Of a DNA stretch of 41,924 nt, positions 1-9,381 are shown in pieces. The position numbers and the translations under genes are program-made. The notes under the pieces were generated by a model. The model was not told the origin of the DNA, ran no database searches, and was given only the letters and a program-made list of their open reading frames with translations. Each line of letters begins with the position of its first letter. The first letter of the stretch is position 1. This stretch comes from a virus (Duplodnaviria; Caudoviricetes). The stretch covers positions 1 to 41,924 of the IMG/VR virus record IMGVR_UViG_3300020120_000052. One strand, written 5' to 3'.

Positions 1-661
1 AGTGGGCGTACAGCAAGCCGCTGGCGTTGCCACCGTTGATGAACGCGCAGTGCAGATGGATCGACAATGTCTGGCCAGCCGTGTAGTCGCCGTGCTGTAC
101 CCAGCCCTGGTGGAACTGGGGGTTGCCGGTGTTCGACCAGCCGTTGCTGGTCTTAGTGGCAGCAATGATGCCGGTGAGGATTGCGTCGATACCCGCACCG
201 AAGCTGTTCATGGCCGCCACACCATCCACGTAGGCCCCCACCACGAAGTGGCCCGTCATGGGGATGGTCAGGGTGATGGTGGTGGTATCGCCGCTGCCGA
301 CGGGCAATGACGGCCAGGACAACGCCACGGTTGTCTCTCCGTCGGGGCTGTTCAGTCCGGCTTGCAGGTTGTTGTAATTCGTCTCGAACGAGTTGCCGCT
401 GCCGTAGACGCGCGACGGACCCCAGGCGTTATTGGCGTTGGTATGCCAGGTCGCCGAGTCCGTCTCGAAAGAGCTACCGCTGCTCCAGACCCTGGACGCG
501 CCCCAGGCCTGATCGGCACGGCCGTGCCACGTCGCCGAGTCCGTCTCGAAGGAGGAGCCGCTGTTCCAGATGCGGCTGGCACCCCACGCGTTGTTGGCAC
601 GACCCGTCCACAAGGTGATTTGCGAGTACAGCGCGGCGGCCGAACTGGCCAGGAAGGTCAC
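1..661 (-). CDS. Putative tail/receptor-binding protein with three Trp-rich 27-aa repeats (3' end runs off the window; not in ORF track)
   Basis: GTG at 661 overlaps the upstream TGA; open for 220 codons to the window edge: MTFLASSAAALYSQITLWTGRANNAWGASRIWNSGSSFETDSATWHGRADQAWGASRVW...GQTLSIHLHCAFINGGNASGLLYAH. Confidence 0.8.
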   Translation of the reverse strand, partial: MTFLASSAAALYSQITLWTGRANNAWGASRIWNSGSSFETDSATWHGRADQAWGASRVWSSGSSFETDSATWHTNANNAWGPSRVYGSGNSFETNYNNLQAGLNSPDGETTVALSWPSLPVGSGDTTTITLTIPMTGHFVVGAYVDGVAAMNSFGAGIDAILTGIIAATKTSNGWSNTGNPQFHQGWVQHGDYTAGQTLSIHLHCAFINGGNASGLLYAH

Positions 662-1242
662 ACTGCCCTCCAGTTGGTGCCGTCGGACTTGTAGGTGATC
701 GAGTCGCCGGCCGAGACGGTGCCGTTCATCACCGCCCCCGTGCCGGTGTTGATTGAGCCGCCGATGACGCCTCCAGTAGCGGCGGTCACCGTCGAATTGC
801 CGGTGATGGCGACGACCGTGATGGGACGGTTCGTAGTAGCAACGGCCGGCAACAACACGCTCACCGCAGCCGTGCAGAAAACCCACATGATCGGTGCGAC
901 AACGGGGTAGTTCGTCGCACCGGTGGACACCCAGGTGCCCGCGAACAGCGCCTCGATGATGCCGGCCGCGAGCTTGGCCGCCGTGACCGCGCCGTCGGCG
1001 ATGTCGACAGTCTGGATAGCGCCATCGGCGATCTTGGCCGAGGTGATGCTGCCGTCGGCGACGGCAGTGATGGTGCCGCCCTGATGGGCGCCGTTGTGGG
1101 TGTGACCGGTCGCGGTGTTGAACAGACCGTCGATGGTCTGGAGTGACGTGCGCAGGCTGGCCGTGGCGGCATCCAGGTAGTCGGCCAGGTCGTCGTTGTC
1201 GGTGGCCAGGACGAGGTTGAGTTCGGTGGTCAGGTCGGTCAT
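658..1242 (-). CDS. Tail fibre-like protein, 194 aa
   Basis: GHTHNG motif and ADGSITSAKIADGAIQTVDIADGAVTAAKLA repeats typical of phage fibres; SDGTNW C-terminal motif; coupled to neighbours. Confidence 0.75.
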   Translation of the reverse strand: MTDLTTELNLVLATDNDDLADYLDAATASLRTSLQTIDGLFNTATGHTHNGAHQGGTITAVADGSITSAKIADGAIQTVDIADGAVTAAKLAAGIIEALFAGTWVSTGATNYPVVAPIMWVFCTAAVSVLLPAVATTNRPITVVAITGNSTVTAATGGVIGGSINTGTGAVMNGTVSAGDSITYKSDGTNWRAV

Positions 1243-3284
1243 TACATGGTCCTCGTCGCGCTGATCTTGAAGCCGCGCAAGTCGCCGATCCGCGTGCCCC
1301 GGAAGCGGCCGATGATGCCGTAGGTCGTCAACACTCGGAACTGGGTCACCTGGATGTCGATCGCCCAGTTGCGGCCGCCGCCAGCTTGGGGTGGCGACAT
1401 GCGCTCCTGGAAGCCAAACAGGGCGATCTCGTCCACCGTCTCGTCGGGTAGCTCGATCGACAGGCTGCCTGGCTGAGCGGCGTAGTCGAGCATCGCGCTA
1501 TGGATCTGATCGCTGTTGAAGCGGACCACGGCGCCATCCAGCCGCGACTGGAAGTTGCGCGCGTCGACCGTCATCTGGAGGTCCCGCTTGAAGGCCGGCA
1601 CCACCCGCTCGTGGTAGGCGATCGTGTCGATGACGGGCGTGTCAGCGGTGGTGGTGTTCGACAGTGAGGCCTTCAGCTGCAAGGCGTTACCGACCAGGTT
1701 GGGCGGCGCCTCGATGCGTTGGCCGTTGGCCGTGAACGTACCCAGCGGCAGCCAGTTGCCCGTCGGATCGGTGCCTGGGCCAGACGCACTGGCCATGATG
1801 CGGTAGGACAGGTCGATGCGGTCGCCCAGGGCCATGTACGGACCGAACACGGAGAAGGCAAGCCAGTGTTTCAGGTCCGCCTCGAACATCGCGTGGTGCA
1901 GCGGGAAGATGATGTTGCAAGGTCCCAGGACAAACTCGGCGCCCGAGGTCAGCGCTAGCGGCCGCTGAACCAGCTTGATCCAGTCCCAGCCGCCGTCGTC
2001 GAAGCCGACGTACAGGCGGTCCTGGCCGCTGGCGCCCGAGACGGCCATGGCCGTGGCCTTGCGGTTGGTCCAGTGCGCCAGGCTGCCGTCGAACTGGTCA
2101 TCGAAGGTGTAGTTGGTGCCCTCGGGGGTGGTGTGGGCCTCCCAGTTGCCGTAGCTCAGCAGGTAGCTGGTGCTGTTGTCGGGGTTCCACAGGGCCAGGT
2201 AGGCGCGATAGGCCCCCCAGCCACAGAACACGCGCGGCTCGCCTCGAATGATCGAGCCGTTGTCGAGCAGCTTGCCAGGACCAGTCGGGGTCAGCACCGC
2301 GCCAGGCATGTCCAGGCGGTAGAAGCCAGTCCCCGAGCGGAACCACAGGGCGTTCAGCCAGGCAGCTGCGCGCAGGCCGTTGTCGGCGTTCGGCGTCGAG
2401 GCGATGCCCGGGAACAGGTCGTTGGTGCTGGCGTCGCTGTTGATGGTGAAAACCGTGCCGTCCTCTTTGAAGATGCACAGGACGTTGGACGTCTGACGCA
2501 GCGCACTGATGCGTACGCTGGGGTCGCCGACCAGGATCGGCCCCGACCAGTTGCCCGCGACCTTCGGATCGCTAGTTACCTTGCGCAGGACGCTGTTGAC
2601 GGTGTCGGCCGCCCACAGTTCGGTGCCGACCACCTCCAGGCGATACGCCAGGAAGCCCGACGGCAGGGCGCACACCGTCCACGTCCCAGCTGGCGTGCGC
2701 TCCCACAGGGCGCCCGTCGCCAGTGCCACGTACAGACTCCTGCTCGCGCCCGAGAAGCCGCCCTGGTAGACAACACCGTCCTGGGCCTGGGCGCCCATGT
2801 CCTTGTCCACCGTCTGACCGGCGTTCGTGTCGGCAGTGCGCTTGTAGACCTTGGTGCCGGCCAGCACGAACTGGGTAAGCGTCAAGCTGGCAGTGTCGTA
2901 GCCGTCGATGATGCGCCAGACCTGACCAGCAGCTGCCGTGGTCGGCATGATCGGGTGCAGCAGCGGCCCCTTGCCGACCAGGCCGCCGTCGATCTGGATG
3001 TCCTCGCCCCAGTAGTAGCGCGGGTCGGTGAAGCTGGACTGGACGCGCTCGCCGTAGCCGCCGGTGGGCTTGGCCGCAAAGGTCCGCTCACGGTAGATCG
3101 GCGCCGAGCCGTACTCCTGGACACTGGGCACCACCCCGTCCAGGGCCTGCTGCTTCTTGCCGACCATCAGACCATTGGCATCGGCGACCAGCATCAGGCC
3201 CATGCGCGCACTCGGATCGGCCAGGATGGACCCCAGGCGAACCTGGTACGGCCAAGGTCGGCGGCGGCTGCTCAGGACGCTCAC
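1242..3284 (-). CDS. Putative tail nozzle / tubular protein B-like (beta-propeller), 680 aa
   Basis: Size, beta-rich WD-like blades (LYVALATGALW, LWAADT, LCIFKEDG, RLYVG) and position in the tail region, as for T7 gp12 / P22 gp10. Confidence 0.6.
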   Translation of the reverse strand: MSVLSSRRRPWPYQVRLGSILADPSARMGLMLVADANGLMVGKKQQALDGVVPSVQEYGSAPIYRERTFAAKPTGGYGERVQSSFTDPRYYWGEDIQIDGGLVGKGPLLHPIMPTTAAAGQVWRIIDGYDTASLTLTQFVLAGTKVYKRTADTNAGQTVDKDMGAQAQDGVVYQGGFSGASRSLYVALATGALWERTPAGTWTVCALPSGFLAYRLEVVGTELWAADTVNSVLRKVTSDPKVAGNWSGPILVGDPSVRISALRQTSNVLCIFKEDGTVFTINSDASTNDLFPGIASTPNADNGLRAAAWLNALWFRSGTGFYRLDMPGAVLTPTGPGKLLDNGSIIRGEPRVFCGWGAYRAYLALWNPDNSTSYLLSYGNWEAHTTPEGTNYTFDDQFDGSLAHWTNRKATAMAVSGASGQDRLYVGFDDGGWDWIKLVQRPLALTSGAEFVLGPCNIIFPLHHAMFEADLKHWLAFSVFGPYMALGDRIDLSYRIMASASGPGTDPTGNWLPLGTFTANGQRIEAPPNLVGNALQLKASLSNTTTADTPVIDTIAYHERVVPAFKRDLQMTVDARNFQSRLDGAVVRFNSDQIHSAMLDYAAQPGSLSIELPDETVDEIALFGFQERMSPPQAGGGRNWAIDIQVTQFRVLTTYGIIGRFRGTRIGDLRGFKISATRTM

Positions 3285-3460
3285 GCGGGCGTGACAACCT
3301 CTACAGGGGGATGCACCACCCCGTTGGAGGGGGCCGCCTCAAGCTCGGCCACGCGCTCCTGCAAACGGACGATCTGGCCGCGCAGGAAGGCAAGCTCCAC
3401 GGTGGCCTGGCCCAGAAGCTGGATCAGGTCGGCCTGGTTGTAGGGCGACTGCTCGGGCAT
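3281..3460 (-). CDS. Small coiled-coil protein, 59 aa (not in ORF track)
   Basis: MPEQSPYNQADLIQLLGQATVELAFLRGQIVRLQERVAELEAAPSNGVVHPPVEVVTPA; start overlaps the upstream stop and stop overlaps the downstream GTG. Confidence 0.75.
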   Translation of the reverse strand: MPEQSPYNQADLIQLLGQATVELAFLRGQIVRLQERVAELEAAPSNGVVHPPVEVVTPA

Positions 3461-3738
3461 CAGAACAGCCCGGTGAGCCTGTCAATGAAGGTCATATCCA
3501 CTGCCTGAAGCGAGGCATCCAGGCCGCCGATGGCGCTCTTGATGAGCGTCTCCTGATCGGTGTCGAAAAAGTACGGGGCGACCTTCAGGTCGGTGGCCAC
3601 CAAGAACTCCTGATCGTGGTGGATGCGCTCCATGAGCGCCGTGTACTCGCGGAGGTGCAGCCCGACCTGGCTGTTGACCTCGTATGCGCTGGCTGGCGCC
3701 AGACCTACGGTGACGGGAGTTGCGGGTGGCATGCTCAT
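3460..3738 (-). CDS. Hypothetical virion-region protein, 92 aa
   Basis: AAGGAG RBS upstream of ATG 3738; coupled to the next gene. Confidence 0.8.
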   Translation of the reverse strand: MSMPPATPVTVGLAPASAYEVNSQVGLHLREYTALMERIHHDQEFLVATDLKVAPYFFDTDQETLIKSAIGGLDASLQAVDMTFIDRLTGLF

Positions 3739-3756
3739 GAGTTGTGCTCCTTGGGT

Positions 3757-5556
3757 TCAGCCGATCCTGACGGCGCGGATATAGGTGGCGGGGCCAGAAC
3801 CGTAGTTCACGTCCACGGCGTAAGCGGTGAAGCTGGCGTGCGAGGAGTAGACGCTCAGGCGGAACGTGTCGGTCCCTGATGCTGAAGCGGTGTAAATAGC
3901 GCAACCAGACAAGTTGACTTGGCCGGCAGAGCCACCATAGTTGAGAGTCACCTGCGTATCCGCCGCCGAGAGGCCCAGCCCCGCCGCATTCAGCAGGTTT
4001 GCAGCGATGACCGCGTTGGCCGTTGGCCCGCCCACCTGAGCCGCCCAGAACACGTCCCACTTCGAGTTCGCTGGCAGCGCAGCGCTGGTGATGACCACTA
4101 CCGATGTGCCGGCCGTCAAAGCGAAATTGGACGCCAGCGTGGTGTCGATGGTGCTCAGGTTGGCGACGACCACGCCGCCTGACTGAGGGACCAAGCTGAT
4201 ATTTTTGGCGCTGAGGGTGAGGTCCTTGTAGAGCGAGCCGCCACGGTCGTAAGACGTGAGGTAGCCGATCCCGCCCGCGTACGCCAACTCCAGCCCCGCC
4301 CCAGTCGCAAGGGCGGAGTTGCCGGTGGCGCGCAGGCCAGTCGAATCAAGGAGGCTGCCCACGTTGACGTAGCCGCCCGACTGCGGCAACAGACTGATCT
4401 TCGCCGCGAACAGGACAAAGTCCTTGTAGGTGCCAGCCGTACGATCAAACGACTGGACGAGCCCCTCTCCGCTGGGGGCGTTGTAGGAAAGCTCCAGCCC
4501 GCCGCCGGCCCAGCCCGAGGCAAACAGGGTGTTGCTCTTCGCCCTGAAGCTGCCGCATTCGGCAACCCCGGCCAGGTACAGGTTGCGCGGGCGGCCGACG
4601 CTGGAGGAGAAGCCGATGTCCACGGCGTTGTCCACGTTGGCCACAAAGCTGCCCGCGTTGAGGAGCTTCCAGACCACCGTGTTGTTGGTTACCAGGGCAA
4701 GGTCGGTGTTGCTGAACGTGCCGATCTGGGGCGAGTAGATGCCGTTGCCAGCGTGGATGTTGTGCGGCCGAAGGGTGCTGACCGAGGCGCCGATGTCGTA
4801 GATGTTGTCGGGGCTGAAGGTCAGATTCTGGGTGAGCGGGAGGGTGAGGCCAACTGACTGGGTGACCCACTGGGTGTTGTAGTTGGTCGCGTCGATCTTG
4901 GAGAGGATCTGGCCGGTGCCGCCGCCGGCAGGCACACCCTGGCCGGCTGGACCTTGCGGCCCGACGTTGCCCTGCGGTCCCTGAGCACCTGTCGTGCCGG
5001 CTGGCCCCTGCGCTCCAGTAGCGCCCGCCGGTCCCTGCGGTCCCGTGTGGCCGATTGGTCCCTGCGGGCCCGGTGGACCAGTCAGACCCTGAGGGCCTTG
5101 CACACCGTCCGCGCCAGTCGCGCCCTGAGGCCCCTGGGGACCAGCTGGACCGGTAAGTCCCGTCGGGCCGATCGGACCCTGCGGGCCTTGCGGGCCGACC
5201 GCGCCCTGCTGGCCGACCACGTAGCCCTGAGAGGTCCACGTGTAGGTCGGCGTGGTGGAGTCCAGGCGGAAGAACTGGCCCGTGACGGAGTTGAACCACA
5301 GGGTGCCGACGATGTCGCCGGTCACCTCACCGCCAGCCGGATCTCGCTGGTAGACCTTCCAGCCTGGACCAGCTGGGCCGGTGAAGCCTTGCGGCCCCTG
5401 GGGGCCAACCGGGCCTGGTGGGCCGACCGGCCCGATCGGCCCCTGTGGACCTGGCGGGCCAGCTGGTCCCTGCGACCAGGACGGCGGCTGGGGGTAACCC
5501 GGGGTCAGGTTCTGATTGATGCGGGCCGGATCGAGGAGCGCGCCGCGTCTAGGCAT
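3757..5556 (-). CDS. Collagen-like tail fibre protein (~599 aa; start at ATG 5556)
   Basis: Two Gly-X-Y (GPQ/GPA) blocks, [14 protein letters not shown] linker, repeated DN.xDIG...RP motifs and a beta-rich C-terminal domain. Confidence 0.85.
   Translation of the reverse strand: MPRRGALLDPARINQNLTPGYPQPPSWSQGPAGPPGPQGPIGPVGPPGPVGPQGPQGFTGPAGPGWKVYQRDPAGGEVTGDIVGTLWFNSVTGQFFRLDSTTPTYTWTSQGYVVGQQGAVGPQGPQGPIGPTGLTGPAGPQGPQGATGADGVQGPQGLTGPPGPQGPIGHTGPQGPAGATGAQGPAGTTGAQGPQGNVGPQGPAGQGVPAGGGTGQILSKIDATNYNTQWVTQSVGLTLPLTQNLTFSPDNIYDIGASVSTLRPHNIHAGNGIYSPQIGTFSNTDLALVTNNTVVWKLLNAGSFVANVDNAVDIGFSSSVGRPRNLYLAGVAECGSFRAKSNTLFASGWAGGGLELSYNAPSGEGLVQSFDRTAGTYKDFVLFAAKISLLPQSGGYVNVGSLLDSTGLRATGNSALATGAGLELAYAGGIGYLTSYDRGGSLYKDLTLSAKNISLVPQSGGVVVANLSTIDTTLASNFALTAGTSVVVITSAALPANSKWDVFWAAQVGGPTANAVIAANLLNAAGLGLSAADTQVTLNYGGSAGQVNLSGCAIYTASASGTDTFRLSVYSSHASFTAYAVDVNYGSGPATYIRAVRIG
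4930..5475 (-). repeat. Collagen Gly-X-Y coding repeats (two blocks)
   Basis: 9-bp periodic GGN-CCN-CAG units translating to GPQ/GPA/GAT. Confidence 0.9.
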
Positions 5557-6427
5557 TGATCCACGTCGCATCCCGCGCCAGACGGAAGACCTCGTTCATG
5601 CGGATCTTGTCGGACCGCTTCGGCCCCCAGATCAGGGCCTGACGGGTGAACTCCTGGGCGGCCATGGCCTGGCTGGCCTGGAAGCCGCCAGCGGCAGCTG
5701 CCTGCATGTGGCTGGGGAACAGGTGCCAGGCCTCGATGTGGCCAGCTGCGGCGGCGTAGTGGAGATCCACGTCCAGGGTGTCCGTGTCGACACTCGGCCC
5801 CGTGATCGAGTCGGCGCCATTGACCCAGGCCGAGTGGGGATGCCAGGCGGTCAGCCAGCAGCTGATCGGCGCCATGGCGCCAAACATCCCGCTCAAGATG
5901 ACGTGACCGCCCTGCTGGGTGGCCTCGAAGGGGGCATCACCTTCGGGTGCCGTCCAGCCGTACTGCATGCGGGCAACCTGCCATGTGCCGGTCACCCAGG
6001 GCAGCTGGGCGGTCACATCGATCCCCCCGTAGGGGCCGGTAGGGTCGATCCCGACGGTATCCGCGAAGAAGCACCGCGCCAGGCCGGCCAGCACGGCGGG
6101 CTTGAGTTCCTGCTCGGGGTGCAGGTGGACGAAGTCGGCCTGTTCGGATGGCGCCATCGGCGTGCCCCAGTTGGCGTCGACCACCACGCGGCCAGTCGCC
6201 GAGTCGAAGCTCAGCACGCCGCGTACACGGTCGTTGGGGTTGGTCGCGGCGCGGCGCACCAGGAACAGGTTCTCAGGGCCGCCCAGGATGGCTGACGACT
6301 TGAGCGTCGGCATGATCGCCGAGGTAGCCGTGGACGTGGTCGGCGTGGTGGCTTCCTGGGCAGCCTGAAAGAACGGCCCCGTACGCCGCGCGACGGCCTG
6401 TTGCAGCTGGGCGTAGGTAATGCTCAC
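5549..6427 (-). CDS. Putative head-tail adaptor protein, 292 aa
   Basis: N-terminal '[13 protein letters not shown]' pattern and helical C-terminus (LHYAAAAG) typical of podovirus adaptors; sits between head and tail genes. Confidence 0.6.
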   Translation of the reverse strand: MSITYAQLQQAVARRTGPFFQAAQEATTPTTSTATSAIMPTLKSSAILGGPENLFLVRRAATNPNDRVRGVLSFDSATGRVVVDANWGTPMAPSEQADFVHLHPEQELKPAVLAGLARCFFADTVGIDPTGPYGGIDVTAQLPWVTGTWQVARMQYGWTAPEGDAPFEATQQGGHVILSGMFGAMAPISCWLTAWHPHSAWVNGADSITGPSVDTDTLDVDLHYAAAAGHIEAWHLFPSHMQAAAAGGFQASQAMAAQEFTRQALIWGPKRSDKIRMNEVFRLARDATWINA

Positions 6428-6642
6428 GCCGCTGGGAGGAACGGCTCCGGGTTGGACGAAACGATGTTGGCGACTGGCAGCCCCGTGGCGTCGATGATCT
6501 CGGCGACGCCACGTACTCGCAGGGCCATCATGTACTCGTAATCGGTTTCGTCAAAATCCGTCTCGTGCCCAGGCCCGTAGACGATGCCCTCCTGGCCTGG
6601 ACGCGGATCACCAGCTGCTGCGAGGAATCGGCACCTGGCCAT
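6424..6642 (-). CDS. Small capsid-adjacent protein, 72 aa (paralogous module 3)
   Basis: MARCRFLAAAGDP...YGPGHETDFDETDYEYMMALRVRGVAEII; coupled starts and stops. Confidence 0.75.
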   Translation of the reverse strand: MARCRFLAAAGDPRPGQEGIVYGPGHETDFDETDYEYMMALRVRGVAEIIDATGLPVANIVSSNPEPFLPAA

Positions 6643-6932
6643 CACTTCTTTCCCTTCTTGCGCGGCGGGTCGTCGTCGTCGTCCTTGTCGTCGTCGGCCT
6701 GCGGCCCTGGCAGCGGCCCGCTCGGCGACCCGGCCACGTCGTCACGGCCGGTCACGGCGTCGTACACCCCATGCTCGGCGGCCTTCGCGGCGGCCTCCTC
6801 GTCGGCGACCAGGCTGACCTTGCCCTGGGCGCGCAGCGTCGCTGCCTGCTCGTCACTCGTCTCGAACACCTCACCGATGCCGACTGGTCCCTCGTCTTCT
6901 TCGAGCGGCACCAGTGCCCTGACCTTGGGCAT
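6642..6932 (-). CDS. Small capsid-adjacent protein, 96 aa (paralogous module 2, acidic/basic tail)
   Basis: True start ATG 6932 overlaps TAA; MPKVRALVPL...VGIGEVFETSDEQAATLRAQGKVSLV...DDDKDDDDDPPRKKGKK. Confidence 0.8.
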   Translation of the reverse strand: MPKVRALVPLEEDEGPVGIGEVFETSDEQAATLRAQGKVSLVADEEAAAKAAEHGVYDAVTGRDDVAGSPSGPLPGPQADDDKDDDDDPPRKKGKK

Positions 6933-7105
6933 TACTTCTTCCCTTTCCCCTTGCTGGTCTTGGGTAGCTTCTTCTCGTTGACACCGCGCAGCTTGTTCCT
7001 GGCCTCCTCGGGGTCGAAGCCGGGGACCTGACCCCCAGCTGCGGCACCGAAGAAGCGGGCCTGTGCCTTCGACACGGGCTTCTTGTATGGGCGTCCGCCT
7101 GGCAT
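6932..7105 (-). CDS. Small basic protein, 57 aa, DUF3008-like (not in ORF track)
   Basis: GGAGG RBS at 7111-7115; MPGGRPYKKPVSKAQARFFGAAAGGQVPGFDPEEARNKLRGVNEKKLPKTSKGKGKK; the SKAQ.RF.GA motif resembles DUF3008. Confidence 0.75.
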   Translation of the reverse strand: MPGGRPYKKPVSKAQARFFGAAAGGQVPGFDPEEARNKLRGVNEKKLPKTSKGKGKK

Positions 7106-7114
7106 GCGCGCCTC

Positions 7115-7528
7115 CTATGCGGTGACGAAGGTCGCATCGGCGGTCATCGTGACCCCGCCGTTGCAGGTGACGGTGAAGCGGTAGTGGTAGGTCGTCGCCG
7201 TGGTCAGCCCGGTGAGGTTGACCACCACGTCGCCGCTGCCCGAGGCCGGTGTGGCGGCCTGGGTCGAGCCGTACGCCGTCGAGGTGCCGTAGTTGGCGGC
7301 CATGGCCGTACACGGCTGGTCGACGGTGAACGCCAGCTGGGCCGTGGTCGCCGTCCTCGACACCACACGCGGGTTGCGAATGGTGGCGCCGACCAGGGCG
7401 ACCTTGCCCAGGCGCAGCAGGTTGTAGACCGCGACCTCGTCGGTCATGGTCATCTGATGCCCCGTGCCGTGATACGTGGTCGCCGTGGCGGGGTCCTGCG
7501 TCTGCGCCAGGAAGACGATGTCGGACAC
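7115..7528 (-). CDS. Putative capsid decoration protein: short N-terminal module plus fibronectin type III domain, 137 aa
   Basis: GTG 7528 right after the capsid stop; YGTSTAYG...VNLTGLTTATTYHYRFTV...DATFVT is an FN3 signature. Confidence 0.8.
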   Translation of the reverse strand: MSDIVFLAQTQDPATATTYHGTGHQMTMTDEVAVYNLLRLGKVALVGATIRNPRVVSRTATTAQLAFTVDQPCTAMAANYGTSTAYGSTQAATPASGSGDVVVNLTGLTTATTYHYRFTVTCNGGVTMTADATFVTA

Positions 7529-7529
7529 C

Positions 7530-8543
7530 TCAGCCCTCGCCGCCGGTGCTCGCCTTCTGTTGGATGGCGAAGAAGGGGTAGCGGCTGGCAGCCGTCGGCT
7601 GTTGGCGGTTGACGGGGTTCGGCACGGCCCAGGCAAAACGGGCGATGACGCGCAGGGCGACCATGTCCTGCTGGAGCAGGTTGAAGATGATCACGGGCGG
7701 CGAGCCGTTGTCGGTAATCACGCCCGTGTCGAACATCTCCATGGTGATGTCTTCGCGGATAGCCAGCATCGACTGGTCCCACTCGCCACCGATCATCGAG
7801 TAGCCCGTGGCGCCGGTCCCAAACTCGGTCATACCAGCGTTTGAAAAGACGATCGGCTCGCCATACAGCGTGCCAACGTTCGCTGCCGCCTGCGGGCCGA
7901 CGTCGTCGCCGAGCATGATGAAGGCGCCCGTGGTGGTGCGCATGCCGCGCAGCTTGGCCTTCACCTGCTTCCTGGCCCAGAAGCCGCTGACGTCGTAGCC
8001 GTCGGCCTCCACCAGGCCCATGCCCGCGTTGACGTCGCCCAGGAAGTCCTGGCCAGCCGTGGCGCCAACCACCAGCAGGTTGCCTGCCGAGTTGGCGGCG
8101 GTGACGATCGCCGGCGGGAAGGTGCTGGGTGCACCGTTGCCGAAGAAGATCGCCTCGTCCAGGGCGACCCCGAACGCCTCGGTGATCTTCGGCTTGACCT
8201 GGGTCCAGAAGTCATAGTCCAGGTCGTCCAGCAAGGCCTTGGCGATCGGCACGATAACGGCCATCTCCTCGGCGTTCAGGTACACGTTGTCCCAGGCCAG
8301 CGAGGTGGTCTGCTTCATGCCCTTGTCTCGGGCATCCAGCGAGGCGCCGGTCAGCCAGTAGGCAATCGGCAGCTGGGTCAGTACGGGGATGCGCTGCTGG
8401 GCGCGTTTCATCGTCACATGCGGCATGAGCCGCATCGCCGCCGACTTCTCTTCGACGGACTGGACGATCTCCCGCTGGACGTCTTCAGGAATAAGCGGGC
8501 CAGACCCTGGGGTGGCCCTGGTGGCAACGGAGTTGTAAGGCAC
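7530..8543 (-). CDS. Major capsid protein (HK97 fold), 337 aa
   Basis: LIPEDVQREIVQ, EEMAVIVPIAKALLDD, LDEAIFFGNG, TLYGEPI, NLLQQDMVALRVIARF motifs. Confidence 0.95.
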   Translation of the reverse strand: MPYNSVATRATPGSGPLIPEDVQREIVQSVEEKSAAMRLMPHVTMKRAQQRIPVLTQLPIAYWLTGASLDARDKGMKQTTSLAWDNVYLNAEEMAVIVPIAKALLDDLDYDFWTQVKPKITEAFGVALDEAIFFGNGAPSTFPPAIVTAANSAGNLLVVGATAGQDFLGDVNAGMGLVEADGYDVSGFWARKQVKAKLRGMRTTTGAFIMLGDDVGPQAAANVGTLYGEPIVFSNAGMTEFGTGATGYSMIGGEWDQSMLAIREDITMEMFDTGVITDNGSPPVIIFNLLQQDMVALRVIARFAWAVPNPVNRQQPTAASRYPFFAIQQKASTGGEG

Positions 8544-8616
8544 GAACTTCCCCCGATTGGGGGTCGGCCGTCATCGCTTGAGCGGAAGCGAGTGGCGCCT
8601 CGGGCGCGACCTGGAT

Positions 8617-9354
8617 TTAGATTCCCCGCCGTGTCCCCAGCTGGCCCCGCAGGATCTGCGAGACGGTCTTGTCCGACTCGGAGGCTGCCCCGCTGGGGAG
8701 GAACTCAGGTTCACGGGTGATCCCGCGCATTTCTGCCAGGACCTGTTTGCGGAAGGCCGGGTTGCGACGCAGCTTGTTCTCGGCGTCCTTGGCTCCCTCG
8801 GCCTTCCAGACTCGTTCAAGGGCTTTCAGCCCCTCGGTGACGATCAGCTTGCGCCCGTCTAGCGCGACCCCCGCGCCCTCCATGGCCAGGATGCGTTTGC
8901 GCTCGGCCTCGGGAAGGGCTTGGACTAGCGGATCAATCGTGTACTTGTCGTGCTCGGCGCCGACCCGTCCAAACAGGTCGCCGACCTGGGCGTTGACGTT
9001 GGCGGCCTGCTCTGCGGAGCGCTCCTCCTCGGCGAATGCCCAGGGGTCCTCGTCGCGCAGACGGCGCTTGCGCTCGGCAAGAGCTTGGGCGGCCCGCTTG
9101 GCCTCACGTCGATCCGTTTCGGCCTGGATACGGCGGTCTAACTCCTCCTGCGTCAGGCTGATTGCGGACGGTTGCTCGTCGGCTGGCGTCTCCTGGGGAG
9201 CCTCGTCGGCCGCCGGTCGGTTTCGGAAGAGACGGCCCAGAAGGCCTCTCTGCCAAGACTGCGCGGGGGTCGCTTCGGTTGGCTCAGAAGACGCTGCGGA
9301 CGCCTGGGCATCCTGCGTCGGCTGTTCGCTCGAAGGGGGTTCTTGTGGCTGCAT
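8617..9354 (-). CDS. Capsid scaffolding protein, 245 aa
   Basis: Immediately upstream of the capsid gene; disordered N-terminus and charged helix LTQEELDRRIQAETDRR. Confidence 0.75.
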   Translation of the reverse strand: MQPQEPPSSEQPTQDAQASAASSEPTEATPAQSWQRGLLGRLFRNRPAADEAPQETPADEQPSAISLTQEELDRRIQAETDRREAKRAAQALAERKRRLRDEDPWAFAEEERSAEQAANVNAQVGDLFGRVGAEHDKYTIDPLVQALPEAERKRILAMEGAGVALDGRKLIVTEGLKALERVWKAEGAKDAENKLRRNPAFRKQVLAEMRGITREPEFLPSGAASESDKTVSQILRGQLGTRRGI

Positions 9355-9381
9355 CGTAGTTCCTGTCTAGGGTGGTTGCAA

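Noticed and set aside
4930-5475. Short periodic repeats as a CRISPR array or VNTR
   Set aside because: They are Gly-X-Y codons within an ORF; no constant repeat with unique spacers and no cas genes.
1-5556. Diversity-generating retroelement or invertible tail-fibre system
   Set aside because: No reverse transcriptase or invertase, and no adenine-specific TR/VR pair or flanking inverted repeats visible in the window.
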